Shown: positions 60,070 to 61,138 of the stretch, in pieces
Numbering within the stretch: the first letter of the stretch is position 1
Layout: every line of letters starts with the position of its first letter
Assembly: GCA_031284375.1 (NCBI GenBank)
Contig: JAISZY010000025.1
Coordinates: 1 to 61,138 of the forward strand
Direction: 5' to 3'
Length of the DNA stretch: 61,138 nucleotides
Origin: Tannerellaceae bacterium
GTDB lineage: Bacteria; Bacteroidota; Bacteroidia; Bacteroidales; Tannerellaceae
Notes under the pieces: generated by a model
What the model was told of the DNA's origin: nothing
The model's database searches: none
Seen by the model: only the letters and a program-made list of their open reading frames with translations
Program-made: the position numbers and the translations under genes

Positions 60070-60746
60070 ACGTATTCGCTTACGGAGGAGATAATACTTC
60101 CGTCGAACAGGTTTACAATCCGTTGTGCAAAAGAGGCATCATGTTTCGAGTGCGTCACCATGATGATAGTAGTACCTTCCTTGTTGAGTTCGGTGAGGAG
60201 TTGCATCACTTCCAGTCCGTTCTTACTGTCTAAGTTCCCGGTAGGTTCGTCGGCCAGGATGAGTTTGGGAGAAGAGACGACGGCTCTGGCGATGGCCACC
60301 CGTTGTTGTTGTCCTCCGGAGAGCTGCTGGGGGAAGTGTTTGGAGCGGTGACTGATGTTCATTCGTTTCAGGATTCCGTTCACTTTCTCCTTCCTTTCGG
60401 CGGCTTTAATCTTGAGGTAGGTGAGGGGCAGTTCTACATTTTCGAAGACATTCAGTTCGTCTATCAGGTTAAAGCTTTGAAAGACGAAGCCGATATTCCC
60501 TTTTCTCACCTGGGTACGGTCTCTTTCTTTGAGATGTCCCACTTCCTGAGTACCGAGATAATAATTCCCATTGGAGGGATTGTCTAATAGTCCTAGGATA
60601 TTCAGCAGCGTTGATTTGCCGCATCCGGAGGGTCCCATGACGGCCACAAATTCGCCGTCGTTCACTTCCATCGTCACCGTATTCAATGCGATTGTTTCTA
60701 CTTCTTCCGTGCGGAAGAACTTGCTCAAGTTTTCAATTTTAATCAT
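60066..60746 (-). CDS. ABC transporter ATP-binding protein (LolD/MacB type)
   Basis: GPSGCGKST, LSGGQQQRVAIARA, ADEPTGNLD and VTH motifs. Confidence 0.96.
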   Translation of the reverse strand: MIKIENLSKFFRTEEVETIALNTVTMEVNDGEFVAVMGPSGCGKSTLLNILGLLDNPSNGNYYLGTQEVGHLKERDRTQVRKGNIGFVFQSFNLIDELNVFENVELPLTYLKIKAAERKEKVNGILKRMNISHRSKHFPQQLSGGQQQRVAIARAVVSSPKLILADEPTGNLDSKNGLEVMQLLTELNKEGTTIIMVTHSKHDASFAQRIVNLFDGSIISSVSEYV

Positions 60747-60785
60747 GACTGTATTTGTTTAGTAAGTAATCATGCCTGTTTCAAC

Positions 60786-60892
60786 TCAAATAACATGCCA
60801 AACTTACAAAAACTTATTTATCAGCAAAATACAAAATAGAGCCTATTTGTAAAGTGTCTAATTTTTTGACACGACTGTCCAATTTTTTGACA
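60786..60892 (-). promoter_or_regulatory. Putative sigma-54 promoter with tandem upstream activator palindromes
   Basis: Minus strand TTGGCATGTTATTTGA (60801-60786) is -24/-12-like. Two TGTC-N9-GACA sites lie at 60855-60871 and 60876-60892. Confidence 0.6.
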
Positions 60893-61024
60893 TTTGGGAG
60901 GAGGGAGCGGTATAAATAGAATAATCATTCCACGCAACCAGTGGCCTTCCGTATAATACAGTGTATATTCCGGAGTTTCGGAGACTTTCCAGGCAAACAG
61001 GTCTATATTTTTCGATTTACTCAT

Positions 61025-61138
61025 GGGCACCTCTAAAAACCCCAAACTCTGCGTTACGCTCCGTCGGCAAAATGCTCATTTACTTTAGTAAACTCCGCTT
61101 TTGCCTCTGTCGCAAGCCTTGATTTTGGGGTTTTTAGA
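61025..61138. mobile_element. MITE-like element (family B), cut by window end
   Basis: GGGCACCTCTAAAAACCCCAA ... TTGGGGTTTTTAGA terminal IRs; shares sequence with 20735-20785. Confidence 0.75.

Noticed and set aside
1-61138. Numerous long antisense or shadow ORFs; tRNA or rRNA genes
   Set aside because: Shadow ORFs overlap well-supported genes and lack motifs; no tRNA or rRNA signature was seen by eye.

Overview
A 61-kb chromosomal window from a Bacteroidales bacterium (Tannerellaceae/Parabacteroides-like by gene content and TAnnTTTG promoter motifs; inferred). Core genes (lptD, ung, asnA, priA) are mixed with outer-membrane beta-barrel genes, a GH127/146 hydrolase, two SusC/SusD pairs, two ECF sigma factors, a three-permease MacB/FtsX-type ABC locus and much mobile-DNA debris: nested IS fragments, three dispersed repeat/MITE families, a 3'-truncated group II intron and a decayed toxin-antitoxin pair. 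The main find is a candidate sulfur-starvation uptake system at about 19.55-27.0 kb. An unannotated 26-aa Cys/Met-rich leader peptide (MNLYSLYVCMCMMCHCRNRTAKDSCT) with a protector/antiterminator/terminator layout precedes an operon of a binding-protein-like gene, SusC, SusD and an exported tandem-OsmC protein. By hand count these four proteins (about 2,290 aa) hold only 3 internal Met and 4 Cys. A low-GC DUF488 two-gene module is a second candidate system (defence/conflict). No rRNA, tRNA or true CRISPR array was seen. All family calls come from motif recognition, not database searches.
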